Shown piece by piece: positions 50,696 to 61,828 of a DNA stretch of 64,000 nucleotides. The notes beneath the pieces were generated by a model that saw nothing but the letters and a program-made list of their open reading frames with translations, had not been told where the DNA came from and did no database searches. Within the stretch, counting starts at the first letter, position 1; the number at the start of each line of letters is the position of its first letter. A program made the translations under genes and the position numbers. The DNA is from Calditrichaceae bacterium. GTDB lineage: Bacteria; Calditrichota; Calditrichia; Calditrichales; JBFXGD01. The stretch spans positions 584 to 64,583 of the forward strand of contig JBFXLE010000008.1 in assembly GCA_050173015.1 (NCBI GenBank). The letters run 5' to 3'.

Positions 50696-51643
50696 TTAAA
50701 ATTGATCCAATAATATATAATTCCTGAATCCGCCCAGCTGTCTGCCGCGTAGGATGTTTTTTTCTATAAAGGAGATCGTTCGGGTTTTCAGAAGTTCATG
50801 CTTATGCGGAAGCCTGTACGCGTTCGGCTTTCCCGACAACTGTAACTTATCCTGCCAGTCAAGCCTGGTAATACGTTCCTTCATAACGGCCGGATGAGTT
50901 TCATTAAAATTTTCAAGACGATCCAGCGGGCCATAGTCAAAATATTTCGGCGCTTTATCGTAATATTCCTGCGCCTTATTGCTTCCCCAGTGAACTGAAT
51001 CCAGAGCTTTTCTTTTATTCTGCATCAGATGCGGCGGCCTTACCCAGCCGTAGTGATAGATTTCCGCGTCCACGCGTGCAACCCTCAGTTTTGACGTGCC
51101 CGACTCCTGTCTGGGATTCTCATAAGGGTTAAAATGACGAAATGATTGCGCGCTTTGCCAGGAGTGGACATCCGGAAGATTTCGGATTATTCTTATCTCA
51201 TTAGGATACCACCCATGACCGCCGTGAAAATGATTATAATCGCCCCAGAAATGCTTATATCTGAAAAGAAGACCTTCCACTTCAGGGACAGTTAGCAATT
51301 CTTCACACCGTTTTTGGATTGTCGGGAGGTACTTTTCATGCACCACCTCATCCGCCTGAAGATAAAAAAGCCAGTCACCACGGCAAGCCTGTTGAGCAAT
51401 ATCTGTCTGCATGGCATTGATCACACCTTTTTTGAAATATTTTTCTTCCCAGAGGGTGTCAATAATTTTGATCTTCGGGTCACCAATGGCGGCAATCTGC
51501 TCTCTTGTCTGATCATCATCGTCGCCCTGACCAACCGCTATGACAAATTCGTTACAAACGGGCAGTATTGATTTTATGGATTCAACGACAGGGTAATAAA
51601 GTTTTGCGCCATTTCTGACAAAAGAAAAACCACTTATTTTCAT
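50696..51643 (-). CDS. GT2-like glycosyltransferase
   Basis: SGFSFVRN, YLQADEV, YHYGWVR. Confidence 0.85.
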   Translation of the reverse strand: MKISGFSFVRNGAKLYYPVVESIKSILPVCNEFVIAVGQGDDDDQTREQIAAIGDPKIKIIDTLWEEKYFKKGVINAMQTDIAQQACRGDWLFYLQADEVVHEKYLPTIQKRCEELLTVPEVEGLLFRYKHFWGDYNHFHGGHGWYPNEIRIIRNLPDVHSWQSAQSFRHFNPYENPRQESGTSKLRVARVDAEIYHYGWVRPPHLMQNKRKALDSVHWGSNKAQEYYDKAPKYFDYGPLDRLENFNETHPAVMKERITRLDWQDKLQLSGKPNAYRLPHKHELLKTRTISFIEKNILRGRQLGGFRNYILLDQF

Positions 51644-51781
51644 TTATTTTGCTCTTTATTCAGTGTTTTATATCAGTCCCGTCAGAGCCAGTCCCACGGG
51701 ATATATTCAAAAAAGCTTAAATATATTAAGATATGGATTTATTTCCAAATATTCACGCTGCTGTTAGGCGATAGCGATGAA

Positions 51782-52957
51782 TTAAACAAGACTATTGTAC
51801 TCAGCAAACGCTTCAATTTGTTTCAGGATATGCGGGAGTATCCTTTTAATTTCCCGAAATATCTCTGTGTATGTTAAATTAAAAAATTCAATGTCATGCC
51901 CGATCGGATCTGCTACAGAGGGATTAGTCAGGCGGTTTTCACGATGCCACTGCTTTATCAGCACGATCTTGTCTTTGTGACCGGGGAAATGCTCCCGCAA
52001 ATATTTATAGTGATTGTAGGCCATGGCAATCACTAAATCCGATTCTGACATTATTGCTGAACTTATTACCGATGAACGATGCTTCGCGATATCGATATTT
52101 TTATCTTTCATTACATCTATGGCAAATTCATGGGCATCAGATTCCGGAATCATGAGTGTTCCGGCGGATCGGACCTTGACCCATTTTTTATACCTGGTTC
52201 GGCTGAGAATTTGTTTTAATATCCCTTCAGCCATTGGTGAACGGCAGATATTTCCCGAACAAATAAATGTAATGGTAAATGTATCGCGCCTGGTTCGCCA
52301 ATTTAAATCGGGTAACAATTTTCCGAGTTGACCAACGGAAAAATCTCCCTGCCTCACGATCAGATATGGATCTTTGGTAAAATCAATAATTGTCGAACCT
52401 TGCGACTGTTGAATTTCACCCGCGTCAAGAATGAGATCCAGTTTATTCCCAAACTGAGCAATTACTTCTTTAATCGAATATGCATTACCTTTTCCCGAAA
52501 TGTTCGCGCTTGTTGTCGAAATGGGGTTTTCAAATCCGGAAGTCATTTCATGACAGATGGGGTAATCCGGAATTCTGAAACCGATTTTTTCAGGAAAGTT
52601 TTTACTTTTTTGAAGATACTCAAAAACGGGTAGAGAGATACCTTCCGTATTATTGATAAGCGCGGTCACTTTACCCGGTAATATTTTTTTTAGATGGCTG
52701 TATAACTCTATGGGGAGGATTCCGACTAATTCTTCTATTTTATCAAGAGAATTTACCATCAAAGACACGGGCAGTCTCAGGTCTCTCTGTTTTAGAAAAT
52801 ATAATTTATGTACCGCTTTTTCGTTAGTAACATCGATTCCAAGTCCGTAGAGCGTATCTGTCGGATATGCAACAATTCCGCCATTCCCCAGTACTTCGAT
52901 CGCTCTTTCAATCGCTTTTTTATCGGGCTTTTCCGGATTGATCTTAAAATATTCCAT
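51782..52957 (-). CDS. tsaC: TsaC/YrdC threonylcarbamoyl-AMP synthase fused to a low-molecular-weight phosphatase
   Basis: YPTDTLYGLG, KQR, TTSANISG; C-terminal FICSGNICRSPMAE, SAGT, DPIG. Confidence 0.92.
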   Translation of the reverse strand: MEYFKINPEKPDKKAIERAIEVLGNGGIVAYPTDTLYGLGIDVTNEKAVHKLYFLKQRDLRLPVSLMVNSLDKIEELVGILPIELYSHLKKILPGKVTALINNTEGISLPVFEYLQKSKNFPEKIGFRIPDYPICHEMTSGFENPISTTSANISGKGNAYSIKEVIAQFGNKLDLILDAGEIQQSQGSTIIDFTKDPYLIVRQGDFSVGQLGKLLPDLNWRTRRDTFTITFICSGNICRSPMAEGILKQILSRTRYKKWVKVRSAGTLMIPESDAHEFAIDVMKDKNIDIAKHRSSVISSAIMSESDLVIAMAYNHYKYLREHFPGHKDKIVLIKQWHRENRLTNPSVADPIGHDIEFFNLTYTEIFREIKRILPHILKQIEAFAEYNSLV

Positions 52958-52971
52958 TAATGCAAATCCTT

Positions 52972-53901
52972 TTACGCAACGCCCTCAGATTTAACGGTAC
53001 CGTTTGTATTCTCCGCCGGTTGATCTTCTGGCGGTGGTTTGGTTTTCCACCTTTTATGTACCCAAAACCATTGTTCCGGATAAAGCAAAACCCACTCTTC
53101 CAGCATACTAGTATGCATTTGAGTGATCGTTTTAACATCTTCGGATGAGCTATCATCCGTGGATGAATCAAAAACTTCCTTGAAAAAGACATCAAATACC
53201 CCATAATCTCTGCGGACAGAGATTGTAAAAATCATTGTTGCCTGACTTCGTTTTTTAAAAACCGCCGGACCGGCTGCGGTGGATGAGGGCTGGCCTAAAA
53301 AATTGACAAAAATCCCCGATTTTCTGGCATCCTGATCAGCTACTAAACATAAAGTCCCATTATTTTTAAGCGTTTTTAATCCGTCCTTCATAGCATTTTT
53401 TGTATAAATTACTTTGCTGCCCAGTTTTGTCCGATTCTCATAGATTAATTTATCAACGTATTGATTGCTTTGTTTCTTCGCTATACCAGCGATCGGGTAA
53501 CCAAGCATTGAAAGCGCCCCGCCCTCCCATTCAAAATTCCCGAAATGCCCGGAAATTAAAATCACACCGTTCCCTTTCTTAAGAGCATTATCCAGGATAT
53601 CCCGATCATGAAAACGGATATGTTCATTTATGTTCTCGACCGTGAGCTGTCGCATTTGAAAAAATTCCATCCAGAGATAGACAAAATTTTTGTAAATATT
53701 CTTTAAAAGTTCCTGTTCATTATCAGGCAAATTATCACCATAGACCAGACGCAAATTATCCAGAATAACTTTTCTTCTGTAGCGAAATATCTTTGCAACA
53801 ATGATATACAAAATAAACGCGGCTCTTTTGCCTCCTTTAAAGGACATCCTGTTAAAAAGCCAAAATAAAAATTTAACAATATAGTATTCTGTTTTATGCA
53901 T
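52972..53901 (-). CDS. Lipid A late acyltransferase (LpxL/HtrB family)
   Basis: HFGNFE, ADQDA, YPEQWFWVHKRWK. Confidence 0.92.
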   Translation of the reverse strand: MHKTEYYIVKFLFWLFNRMSFKGGKRAAFILYIIVAKIFRYRRKVILDNLRLVYGDNLPDNEQELLKNIYKNFVYLWMEFFQMRQLTVENINEHIRFHDRDILDNALKKGNGVILISGHFGNFEWEGGALSMLGYPIAGIAKKQSNQYVDKLIYENRTKLGSKVIYTKNAMKDGLKTLKNNGTLCLVADQDARKSGIFVNFLGQPSSTAAGPAVFKKRSQATMIFTISVRRDYGVFDVFFKEVFDSSTDDSSSEDVKTITQMHTSMLEEWVLLYPEQWFWVHKRWKTKPPPEDQPAENTNGTVKSEGVA

Positions 53902-54111
53902 ATTTAAAGTTAGGTAATTAACATTTTTGAATCAACCAATAGAAGATAAAGTTATAAAATAATTCACAGATTCATCCATTTAAAGTTGATATTATGTAGT
54001 TCAACCTGTAAATTTATGAGTTTTTGAAAGCCCGAATATATCACATTACAGAGATGAAGATCTGTAAATTATTGTGATGATGATTATGAAATAAAAGGAG
54101 ATACATGCCTT

Positions 54112-55917
54112 ATGATGACGAAATTGCGTCAGCTGAGTGGAGTGTTTTTGTGGATTCTGGTCTTTTCTTTTCTGGGATTAATGGTATTTGAATGGGGCGC
54201 CGACTATAGCGGGCGTTCTACCCGTGATAATACAGTTGGCTCTGTGAACGGCGAAAAACTCACATTTGAACAGTTTAATGATATGTATCAACAGGCTTTT
54301 CAAAATGAGCGCGCGAGGACCGGTAAGGAATTGGATGATACTTCACTGGAAAGATTACGGAATCAGGTTTGGGAACAATTTGTCCAGATGACTCTATTCA
54401 GAGAAGAGATGGATAAACTGGAAATTGCAGTTACAGATTCCGAAGTTGTTTACTACATATACAACAGCCCTTTAGAAGACTTCAGACGACACCCTGCCTT
54501 TCAAACAGAAGGCGTGTTTGACATGAATAAATATCAGGCTGCTTTTTCTGATCCAAGTATTCCATGGGGTCAAATCGAGGATGTTTACCGTCAACAGATT
54601 CCAATTGTCAAGCTGCAAAGTACTATTACAAGTACGGTTCGCGTCACAGACGATGAAGTGCTCAATGAATTTAAAAAATCCAACCTGAAAGCAAAAGTCG
54701 AATATCTCAGCATTTTACCAAACAAATTTCAAACCGATGATATTACGCTGAGTGATAAAGAAATTAAGAATTTTTATGATCTGCATAAGGACGAGTACAA
54801 GCAAAATGAAATGCGGGATGTCTCATATGTACTCTTTCCCGTTAAGCCGACCGAAAAAGACACCGCCAGAATTTATTCTGACTTCGATCGTATCAGGGAG
54901 CGGCTGGCAAACGGTGAAAAATTTTCCAATTTAGCAAATGAATATTCTGAGGATCCTTCCGTAAAAAGCAATAATGGCGATCTTGGCTATTTTGATCGTA
55001 ATGCCATGGTGAAACAATTTTCTGACGCGGCATTCGATGCTAATATTGGCGATGTTGTCGGTCCTGTAAAATCCCCTTACGGCCTGCATTTGATTTTTGT
55101 AGAGGATAAGAAAACCGAAAATGGTATAGAAAAAGTAAAAGCAAGCCATATCCTTCTGAAAATCACCGCCGGACCTTCCACTATCGAGGAACAGGAAAAC
55201 AAAGCGCGCTTTTTCTCTGAAGACGCGAAGGATCTGGGTTTTGATACCGCCGCGAAAAATTCTGATTACGAAGTTCTTAAATCCGGTCCATTCGAGGAAC
55301 GCAGCGGTTTTATACCGGGTATCGGCCGCAACCCGTCCCTTATGGGATTTGTATTTACCTCAGACGTTGACGCGGTTTCTGATTCTTATTTTCTGGAACA
55401 CTCATACGTCGTTGTGAAACTTGACGTAATCAAAAAGGCCGGATACAAAGACCTTGAATCCGTAAAAAGGTTAATTGAGAATCGTATAAAATTTGAAAAA
55501 TCCACCGAACTCGCGAAAGAATATGCGTCAAAATTAAGTGATAAGGTTAAATCGGGCATGCCGTTCGAACAAATCGCCGATCAGGATACCGATAAAAAAG
55601 TGACTTACAGCGAAACAGCACTGTTTGATATGAAACAGAGCATTCCCGGTATCGGCAAAAATATTGAATTCGCCGCAACCGCGTTTACATTGAATATCGG
55701 AGAAACCTCGGACTTAGTTGAATCTCCCCGTGGATTTTTTTATGAAAGACTTCTCGAAAAAACAGAATTTGACAGCGCTGCATTTAATAGCCAGAAAAAA
55801 CAAATCAAAAATCAGCTGCTTGTTGAAAAGAGAAACAAAGTATTCTATGATTGGTATGAAGATCTGAAGAGTAAAGCCGATATAGAAGACAATAGAAAAC
55901 TATTCAATATATTCTAA
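54112..55917 (+). CDS. ppiD: PpiD/SurA-type membrane-anchored chaperone/peptidylprolyl isomerase
   Basis: N-terminal TM, VNGEKL, parvulin motifs YSED, GDLGYF, SPYGLHLI. Confidence 0.85.
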   Translation: MMTKLRQLSGVFLWILVFSFLGLMVFEWGADYSGRSTRDNTVGSVNGEKLTFEQFNDMYQQAFQNERARTGKELDDTSLERLRNQVWEQFVQMTLFREEMDKLEIAVTDSEVVYYIYNSPLEDFRRHPAFQTEGVFDMNKYQAAFSDPSIPWGQIEDVYRQQIPIVKLQSTITSTVRVTDDEVLNEFKKSNLKAKVEYLSILPNKFQTDDITLSDKEIKNFYDLHKDEYKQNEMRDVSYVLFPVKPTEKDTARIYSDFDRIRERLANGEKFSNLANEYSEDPSVKSNNGDLGYFDRNAMVKQFSDAAFDANIGDVVGPVKSPYGLHLIFVEDKKTENGIEKVKASHILLKITAGPSTIEEQENKARFFSEDAKDLGFDTAAKNSDYEVLKSGPFEERSGFIPGIGRNPSLMGFVFTSDVDAVSDSYFLEHSYVVVKLDVIKKAGYKDLESVKRLIENRIKFEKSTELAKEYASKLSDKVKSGMPFEQIADQDTDKKVTYSETALFDMKQSIPGIGKNIEFAATAFTLNIGETSDLVESPRGFFYERLLEKTEFDSAAFNSQKKQIKNQLLVEKRNKVFYDWYEDLKSKADIEDNRKLFNIF

Positions 55918-55930
55918 AATATTGAGTTTT

Positions 55931-55968
55931 AAAAAAGCCCCGGAAGTATTACCCCCGGGGCTTTTTTT
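55931..55968. terminator. Bidirectional intrinsic terminator
   Basis: AAAAAAGCCCCGG...CCGGGGCTTTTTTT between convergent genes. Confidence 0.85.
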
Positions 55969-56868
55969 TTATTCATTCCCTATAAATTTTGTATAAGATC
56001 CCATCACATGAATGGATCCCGCTATCCGGCGAATTTCATCAAAGGCCTTTGACACATTTTCATCCCGCACATGACCGTCAATATCAACAAAAAAGTGATA
56101 ATTCCACAATTCTGTTTTATGCGGACGGGAAGTCAACAGGGACATATTTATGTGATACTTTTCAAATATCCCGAGACATCGAACCAACATCCCCGGTTTA
56201 TCAGGAGTGCTGAATACGATGGAAGTTTTGTACAGAATTTCGTTTTTCGGGTCTTCGTTTCCCGCGTTGATGGACACCAGCACAAACCGGGTTTGATTAT
56301 GTTTGAAGTCTTCAATATTCTTCTGCAGGATTTTTAAATTGTATAAATCTGCTGATTTCTCGCTTGCAATCGCGGCGGTATCATACATTTTTTTTTCAGC
56401 GATCATTTTCGCGCTTCCCGCCGTATCGTATGTTGGAATAATTTCAGCGTCATTAAACGCGCGCAGAAAAACCTCGCACTGTGAGATCGCGGCCGGATGA
56501 GAATATATCTTTCTAATTTCATCTTTCGAAATTTGATCAACAGCCAGAAAGGCGTGGTGAATCGGGATGATGATCTCATTAACTATAAAAAGCCTGTGTT
56601 CAAGAAGCAGATCATAAGTACGCGTTATATTACCTATGATGGAATTATCTATCGGAAGAAGACCAAAGTCAACCGTCCCGTTTTTTATCGCGTCTATGAC
56701 ATCATAAGAAGTCCTGGTAGGATATTTTTCAACAACTTTATCCCCGAATAACCTGTCAATGGCATAATCACTATACGCGCCTTTTTCACCCTGGTACGCG
56801 ATTTTTAACAATGGATGTTCTGACAACTTTATCCCCGGATTCAATACGTAAAAGTTATGATTGATCAA
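55969..56868 (-). CDS. pheA: Prephenate dehydratase
   Basis: AYQGEKGAYS, SHPAAISQC, NQTRF, ACT domain with SRP. Confidence 0.93.
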   Translation of the reverse strand: MINHNFYVLNPGIKLSEHPLLKIAYQGEKGAYSDYAIDRLFGDKVVEKYPTRTSYDVIDAIKNGTVDFGLLPIDNSIIGNITRTYDLLLEHRLFIVNEIIIPIHHAFLAVDQISKDEIRKIYSHPAAISQCEVFLRAFNDAEIIPTYDTAGSAKMIAEKKMYDTAAIASEKSADLYNLKILQKNIEDFKHNQTRFVLVSINAGNEDPKNEILYKTSIVFSTPDKPGMLVRCLGIFEKYHINMSLLTSRPHKTELWNYHFFVDIDGHVRDENVSKAFDEIRRIAGSIHVMGSYTKFIGNE

Positions 56869-56873
56869 ACAGA

Positions 56874-57836
56874 TCAGCTATTAAATTCTTTCCAGGCAAG
56901 AGCCGCTGCCCCAAGCACCGCAGAATTACCATTTGATAATCCCGACGGCAGCAGACTGACTTTGCCGCGAAATGTTTTAAGCAGATGTTCTTCCATGTAT
57001 TTTTTTGTGGGTTTAAATATTAAATCACCCGCCGATGCAAGACCGCCAAATAAAATAATGACTTCCGGGCTGCTGAATGCAATGGCATTTGCCAGACTGA
57101 CCCCAAGAATCCGGGCTGTATAATCGAAAGCCTCCAAAGCAAGATCATCACCGCTCTGGGCTGCATCCGCTATTTTTTTTGAAGTTATCTCTCCATGCGG
57201 AATATCGTACAAAGAACTTTTCTGAATCCGCTTAGCCATCAGTTCGAAGACGGTGCGTCTGATCCCCGTTGCTGAAACATAGGTTTCCAGACAACCTTTA
57301 TTCCCGCAAAAACACTCTCTGCCTTCAATTTCCACGCATGTATGGCCAAGTTCTCCCGCGAATCCATCCGCGCCGTAAACAAGCTCGCCGTTTATGACAA
57401 TTCCGCTTCCGAGCCCGGTGCCCAAAGTAATTACCATAAAATTTTTCTTTCCCTTTGCCGCGCCAAAAAGCATTTCCCCTAAAGCGCAGGCGTTGGCGTC
57501 ATTTGTGATTACAGCCGGAAAATTGAATTTTTTGTTTATGAGTTTAACAAAATCAACCACTCCCCATTTTAGGTTTGGAGGGTTTTCAATCGTGCCCGAA
57601 TAATAATTTGCATTAGGAGCGCCGATGCCGATACCTTTAATTTCATACTTTTCTTTTAGATTCTGAAATTGCTTTACCGTTTCAGCATGCAGACGCCCGA
57701 TCAGGATTTCCGCTGATTCATGAGCGTGTGTCGGGATTGAAGCCTCCACGATTATTGTTCCGTTTTTATCAACAAAGCCGAAAGCCGTATTAGTGCCTCC
57801 GATATCAATGCCCAGCATAATTTCATTTTTACTCAT
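56874..57836 (-). CDS. ROK family kinase (glucokinase-like)
   Basis: GIDIGGT, NDANA, TLGTGLGSG, GELGH, CFCGNKGCLE. Confidence 0.93.
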   Translation of the reverse strand: MSKNEIMLGIDIGGTNTAFGFVDKNGTIIVEASIPTHAHESAEILIGRLHAETVKQFQNLKEKYEIKGIGIGAPNANYYSGTIENPPNLKWGVVDFVKLINKKFNFPAVITNDANACALGEMLFGAAKGKKNFMVITLGTGLGSGIVINGELVYGADGFAGELGHTCVEIEGRECFCGNKGCLETYVSATGIRRTVFELMAKRIQKSSLYDIPHGEITSKKIADAAQSGDDLALEAFDYTARILGVSLANAIAFSSPEVIILFGGLASAGDLIFKPTKKYMEEHLLKTFRGKVSLLPSGLSNGNSAVLGAAALAWKEFNS

Positions 57837-58006
57837 TTATGGTAATTCCTTTTATTCTGATTTAGCAATCCGTGTAAATATATGATATTTTCATTTATTT
57901 TTAAAAGAAAATTATTGAAACAGAGGAACTTATGAATTTAGCGAGAGATCTTTGTCGTTGGATCAACATCTTACCGGGTTGTCCGCCAGATGACTGAGCA
58001 CAATTA

Positions 58007-58999
58007 TTAGAACCTGACGCGCCGATTGCTTTCAGCCGATTTCAGGGCTGTGAGAATTATTTTTAAATCCATATAGGCCTTTTCAAAACTGCTGTCGACG
58101 AGTTCACCATGACGAATGGCCTCGTAAAAATTCAGGTACTCCCCAGCGTATCCGCCTCCGTCATCTGTTTCTTCGATAAGATCGTCATGATTAATTTTTT
58201 TTAATGTAATCCGATTGTCCTCCGCGATGACACTTCCTCTGTCACCTAAAATAACCAGTCGATTTTCCTCAACTCCGCCGGTCGTAAAAAAAATGTTGAG
58301 AAGACCGGAAATATTCCGATCTGTTCTAAACTGAAACGACATTGTATCCGGAGTTCCAATTTCGGGATTTATGCTCTTTGTCCACGCGTTTCCTTCAGTA
58401 ATCTCCCCGAGTAGTTCTCTTATAGCGGCAATATAGTGCACTCCGCCGTCTGTTATAAATCCTCCCGGGTACTGATGCTTAATGCGCCATTCGGTTTTGG
58501 CATAAGGATTGATTTCACCCTCCACATGGTGAAAAACATTCCAGACCGCCGCGTGGACTGTGCCTGCCTGCCCCTCTTCCATCAGCGCTTTTATACGCTT
58601 AAATGTATTCCGGTACCGAAAATTCTCCGCCACTATTTTTACCTGAGGATATTTTTTATCCAGCGCGAGCATATTCTTACCTTGATGAAGATTCGCGGCC
58701 AGCGGTTTCTCAACCATCACATGTTTACCTGATTTGAGCGCGTCACGGGTCACGGGATAGTTTAGATGAATCGGTAAAATGATGGATACGGCCTCTATAT
58801 CTTTATGACTAATCAGTTCACGATAATCCATGACATAGGGAACATTTCCCGCGAGCATGGCAAACTCTTTCGCTTTCGGCTCAGTATGATTACAAACCAT
58901 TGTAATCTCAAATAAATCGTTCAATTTCCTAAGCGCCGGCCAATGCAGCTTTTTGGCAGCTAACCCAGTTCCAATGATACCGAGTTTAATTTTTGACAT
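58007..58999 (-). CDS. Gfo/Idh/MocA oxidoreductase
   Basis: GIIGTG, HVMVEKP, DGGVH. Confidence 0.92.
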   Translation of the reverse strand: MSKIKLGIIGTGLAAKKLHWPALRKLNDLFEITMVCNHTEPKAKEFAMLAGNVPYVMDYRELISHKDIEAVSIILPIHLNYPVTRDALKSGKHVMVEKPLAANLHQGKNMLALDKKYPQVKIVAENFRYRNTFKRIKALMEEGQAGTVHAAVWNVFHHVEGEINPYAKTEWRIKHQYPGGFITDGGVHYIAAIRELLGEITEGNAWTKSINPEIGTPDTMSFQFRTDRNISGLLNIFFTTGGVEENRLVILGDRGSVIAEDNRITLKKINHDDLIEETDDGGGYAGEYLNFYEAIRHGELVDSSFEKAYMDLKIILTALKSAESNRRVRF

Positions 59000-59070
59000 A
59001 GTTCCGCCTTTGTAAAATATTAAGCTATAACATAAAAACTAATACAATAGTGGCGGGTTTTAAAGAAAAA

Positions 59071-60033
59071 TTAAATTTTGGACCGGGAAGGATTGACCTG
59101 CGCGAGTTGTCCGGCGAGAGTTTTAATATATTCTCTGCCAAATTCTTCGTTTTCCATGTTGTCAAGCCAGCGATCCGGAATCCACGCGAATCCATGAAGA
59201 GCTCCCATCAATGCGCCTGTCATGGCTCCGATTGTATCTGTATCGCCTCCAAAATTAACACTTTTAATTACCGCCTCTTCCGGATTCCGGTAATATTTTG
59301 CCGCGGCATACAGAGCGCAGGGTACCGCTTCCGACGCGCGTATTCCGTTACCCAGATTTTCAACGGCCGAAACATCATCGCTGCGATTGATCAGCTCCCC
59401 TATCCTTTTCAACTGACGTTTCATCACATCGGATTCCGCGAAACACCCGAGAGTTGTAAGAAACTGACCAGTATCAAAAAATTCGGCTGACTTCAATTTC
59501 AGCAAGAGGGATACCGCCTTTGCCTGCACTAGGGCACCGTCAACGGCTTCCGGATGAATATGTGTGCACATAATCGCGTCATGGACTGCTTTTCTAAAGA
59601 TTGAATCTTCCGCGCAGTTATACACAAGCCCGACCGGAGCAATTCTCATGGCGCCCCCATTCCCGAATGACCCTTCTGAAAATTGAAGTGTGGCCGTTTT
59701 CCGGTAATCTTCTCCATTTTTGATCATTTTCAAAATCAGCCCGGCGCCGGCTCCATACTTTCTTCCGGAATCAAAAAATTCCGCGTACTTCTTCGCGCAA
59801 TGTTCAGGGTCCACACCAGACATCTCGATAATGGATAATGCCAGCGCCATGGTCATTTGTGTATCGTCGGTATATCGTCCGAATCCGGCAAAGCCGGCCT
59901 GGAAGTCGCGTAACTCTCCAAATCTTTCTCTTATCCTCTCCCGGGATCGCCCTTCGGCCACGGCTCCCAATATGTCACCGGACGCGCCGCCCAGCAGTGT
60001 GCCCATAAATCGATCATCCCTGTTCATAATCAT
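59071..60033 (-). CDS. ADP-ribosylglycohydrolase family protein
   Basis: GDILG, YTDDTQM, SFGNGGAMR, GGDTDT. Confidence 0.93.
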   Translation of the reverse strand: MIMNRDDRFMGTLLGGASGDILGAVAEGRSRERIRERFGELRDFQAGFAGFGRYTDDTQMTMALALSIIEMSGVDPEHCAKKYAEFFDSGRKYGAGAGLILKMIKNGEDYRKTATLQFSEGSFGNGGAMRIAPVGLVYNCAEDSIFRKAVHDAIMCTHIHPEAVDGALVQAKAVSLLLKLKSAEFFDTGQFLTTLGCFAESDVMKRQLKRIGELINRSDDVSAVENLGNGIRASEAVPCALYAAAKYYRNPEEAVIKSVNFGGDTDTIGAMTGALMGALHGFAWIPDRWLDNMENEEFGREYIKTLAGQLAQVNPSRSKI

Positions 60034-60078
60034 TTCACATCCCTATTGTCCGAAATAATAGTGTTTAGTATGTTTTGC

Positions 60079-60519
60079 TCAGATAGCGTGAAAACCATAT
60101 TTATCGGCCAGAAGTTCCAATGTTTTGGGATTTACGGATAAATTTCCCAGCTCATCACGGCTCACCCATTTCGCATCGAGCGCGTCATCTCCGGGAACCG
60201 CTTCTCCCTCAACATAAGTACAATCAAAATCTATAATTACATAATGAAAGTCTATTGATTGGTCAGATCCCGGTTCGATCAATTCAAAGACAAACACCGG
60301 TTTACCCGGATCGACTTTTATTCCGGTCTCCTCAAAAATCTCCCGCTTCACCGCGTCCCGCATATTTTCACCGGGCATAATTTTGCCGCCGGGTACAGCC
60401 CACTGATTTTGAGCCGGGGCCTGGGCCCTTTTCACCAGTAATATTCGATCATCCCTGAAAACAACGCCTCCGACAGCAACCCGCGGAAATACCTTATTTT
60501 TTGTTTCCTTCTTGTCCAT
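60079..60519 (-). CDS. Nudix hydrolase
   Basis: Nudix box GGKIMPGENMRDAVKREIFEETGI; PGDDA. Confidence 0.93.
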   Translation of the reverse strand: MDKKETKNKVFPRVAVGGVVFRDDRILLVKRAQAPAQNQWAVPGGKIMPGENMRDAVKREIFEETGIKVDPGKPVFVFELIEPGSDQSIDFHYVIIDFDCTYVEGEAVPGDDALDAKWVSRDELGNLSVNPKTLELLADKYGFHAI

Positions 60520-60552
60520 TACTCATATCGGCTATTAAATATCATCTACTAT

Positions 60553-61797
60553 CTATAATTGCAGCAGCATTCTCGCGGGATCCTCAAGGATTTCCCTGAC
60601 ACGCATCAGAAAACTGACAGATTCACGCCCGTCGATTATTCTGTGATCATATGACAACGCCACATACATCATAGGCCTGATCACGATTTCACCGTTCCGG
60701 ACAACTGGCCGTTCCTGAATAGTATGCATACCCAATATGGCCGCTTGAGGTGAATTAATAATCGGTGTTGATAAGAGTGAGCCAAATACACCGCCGTTGG
60801 TAATGGAAAACGTTCCGCCGGTCATTTCATCTATGGTCAGTTTACTGTCTCTGGCTTTTGTGGCGAGGCGAAGGACTTCCGCTTCAATCTGAGCCATCGT
60901 CATTTTTTCAGCGCTTCGGATTACCGGTACAACCAATCCTCTCGGGGTTGATACGGCAATAGAAATATCACAATAATCGTGATACACAATATCATCACCA
61001 TCTATCATCGCGTTTATTACCGGAAATTCCTGAAGAGCAATCGCGCATGCGGTTGTAAAAAATGACATAAAACCCAGTCCAATTCCATATTTTTCTTTAA
61101 ATGACTCTTTGTATTTACTTCTTAACGCCATTATTGCCGACATATCGATCTCATTCATCGTTGTCAGCATTGCTGTGCCCTGTTTGGAAGCGAGCAGTCT
61201 GTTTGAAATCGTTTTACGCAGAGTGGACATCCGTTCCCTGCGGTCTTTTCTATCCGTTTTCCCGGGATCGGCAACAGGTGGAGCGGCAACGCTTTCACTC
61301 TTTGTTTCCAGATTCCGTGACGGAACCGGTGTTTCTTGCGCGCTTCTGACAGCATTCAGCGCGTCATCTTTTATAATTCTTCCCGATGCACCGCTGCCTT
61401 TCACGCTGTCAGGTGATACTCTCGCATCTTTTAGAATTTTTGAGGCGAGTGGCGATATTTTCACTTTTTTATCATCGTCCGAAACAGGCTCTGTTAAATT
61501 TTCCACTATTTCCGTACGGTCGTCAGCGGGCTGATCTTTTTTAATCTGGGAAGGAACTGATCCGTTGCCGTCAATCTCAGCAATAATGGAATTAACGGCC
61601 ACCGTTTCCCCTTCGGCAGACAAAATTTTTAATATTCCTGCTTGTCCCGCCGTAATTTCAACCGTCGCTTTTTCTGATTCAATCTCAGCGATGATCTCAT
61701 CCTCTTCCACCGTTTCACCGCTTTTTTTCAACCAGGTTCCTATGGTAACTTCATTAATGGACTCTCCGATAGCAGGGACTTTTACTTCTAATTTCAT
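60553..61797 (-). CDS. sucB: 2-oxoglutarate dehydrogenase E2
   Basis: Lipoyl domain ESEKA, E3-binding domain, SYDHRIIDG. Confidence 0.97.
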   Translation of the reverse strand: MKLEVKVPAIGESINEVTIGTWLKKSGETVEEDEIIAEIESEKATVEITAGQAGILKILSAEGETVAVNSIIAEIDGNGSVPSQIKKDQPADDRTEIVENLTEPVSDDDKKVKISPLASKILKDARVSPDSVKGSGASGRIIKDDALNAVRSAQETPVPSRNLETKSESVAAPPVADPGKTDRKDRRERMSTLRKTISNRLLASKQGTAMLTTMNEIDMSAIMALRSKYKESFKEKYGIGLGFMSFFTTACAIALQEFPVINAMIDGDDIVYHDYCDISIAVSTPRGLVVPVIRSAEKMTMAQIEAEVLRLATKARDSKLTIDEMTGGTFSITNGGVFGSLLSTPIINSPQAAILGMHTIQERPVVRNGEIVIRPMMYVALSYDHRIIDGRESVSFLMRVREILEDPARMLLQL

Positions 61798-61828
61798 TGA
61801 TATTTTCCTTAGTTTTTATTCTAAATAT

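Noticed and set aside
59050-59490. 146 aa plus-strand ORF and similar antisense ORFs across the window
   Set aside because: They lie opposite well-supported genes and show no recognisable motifs.
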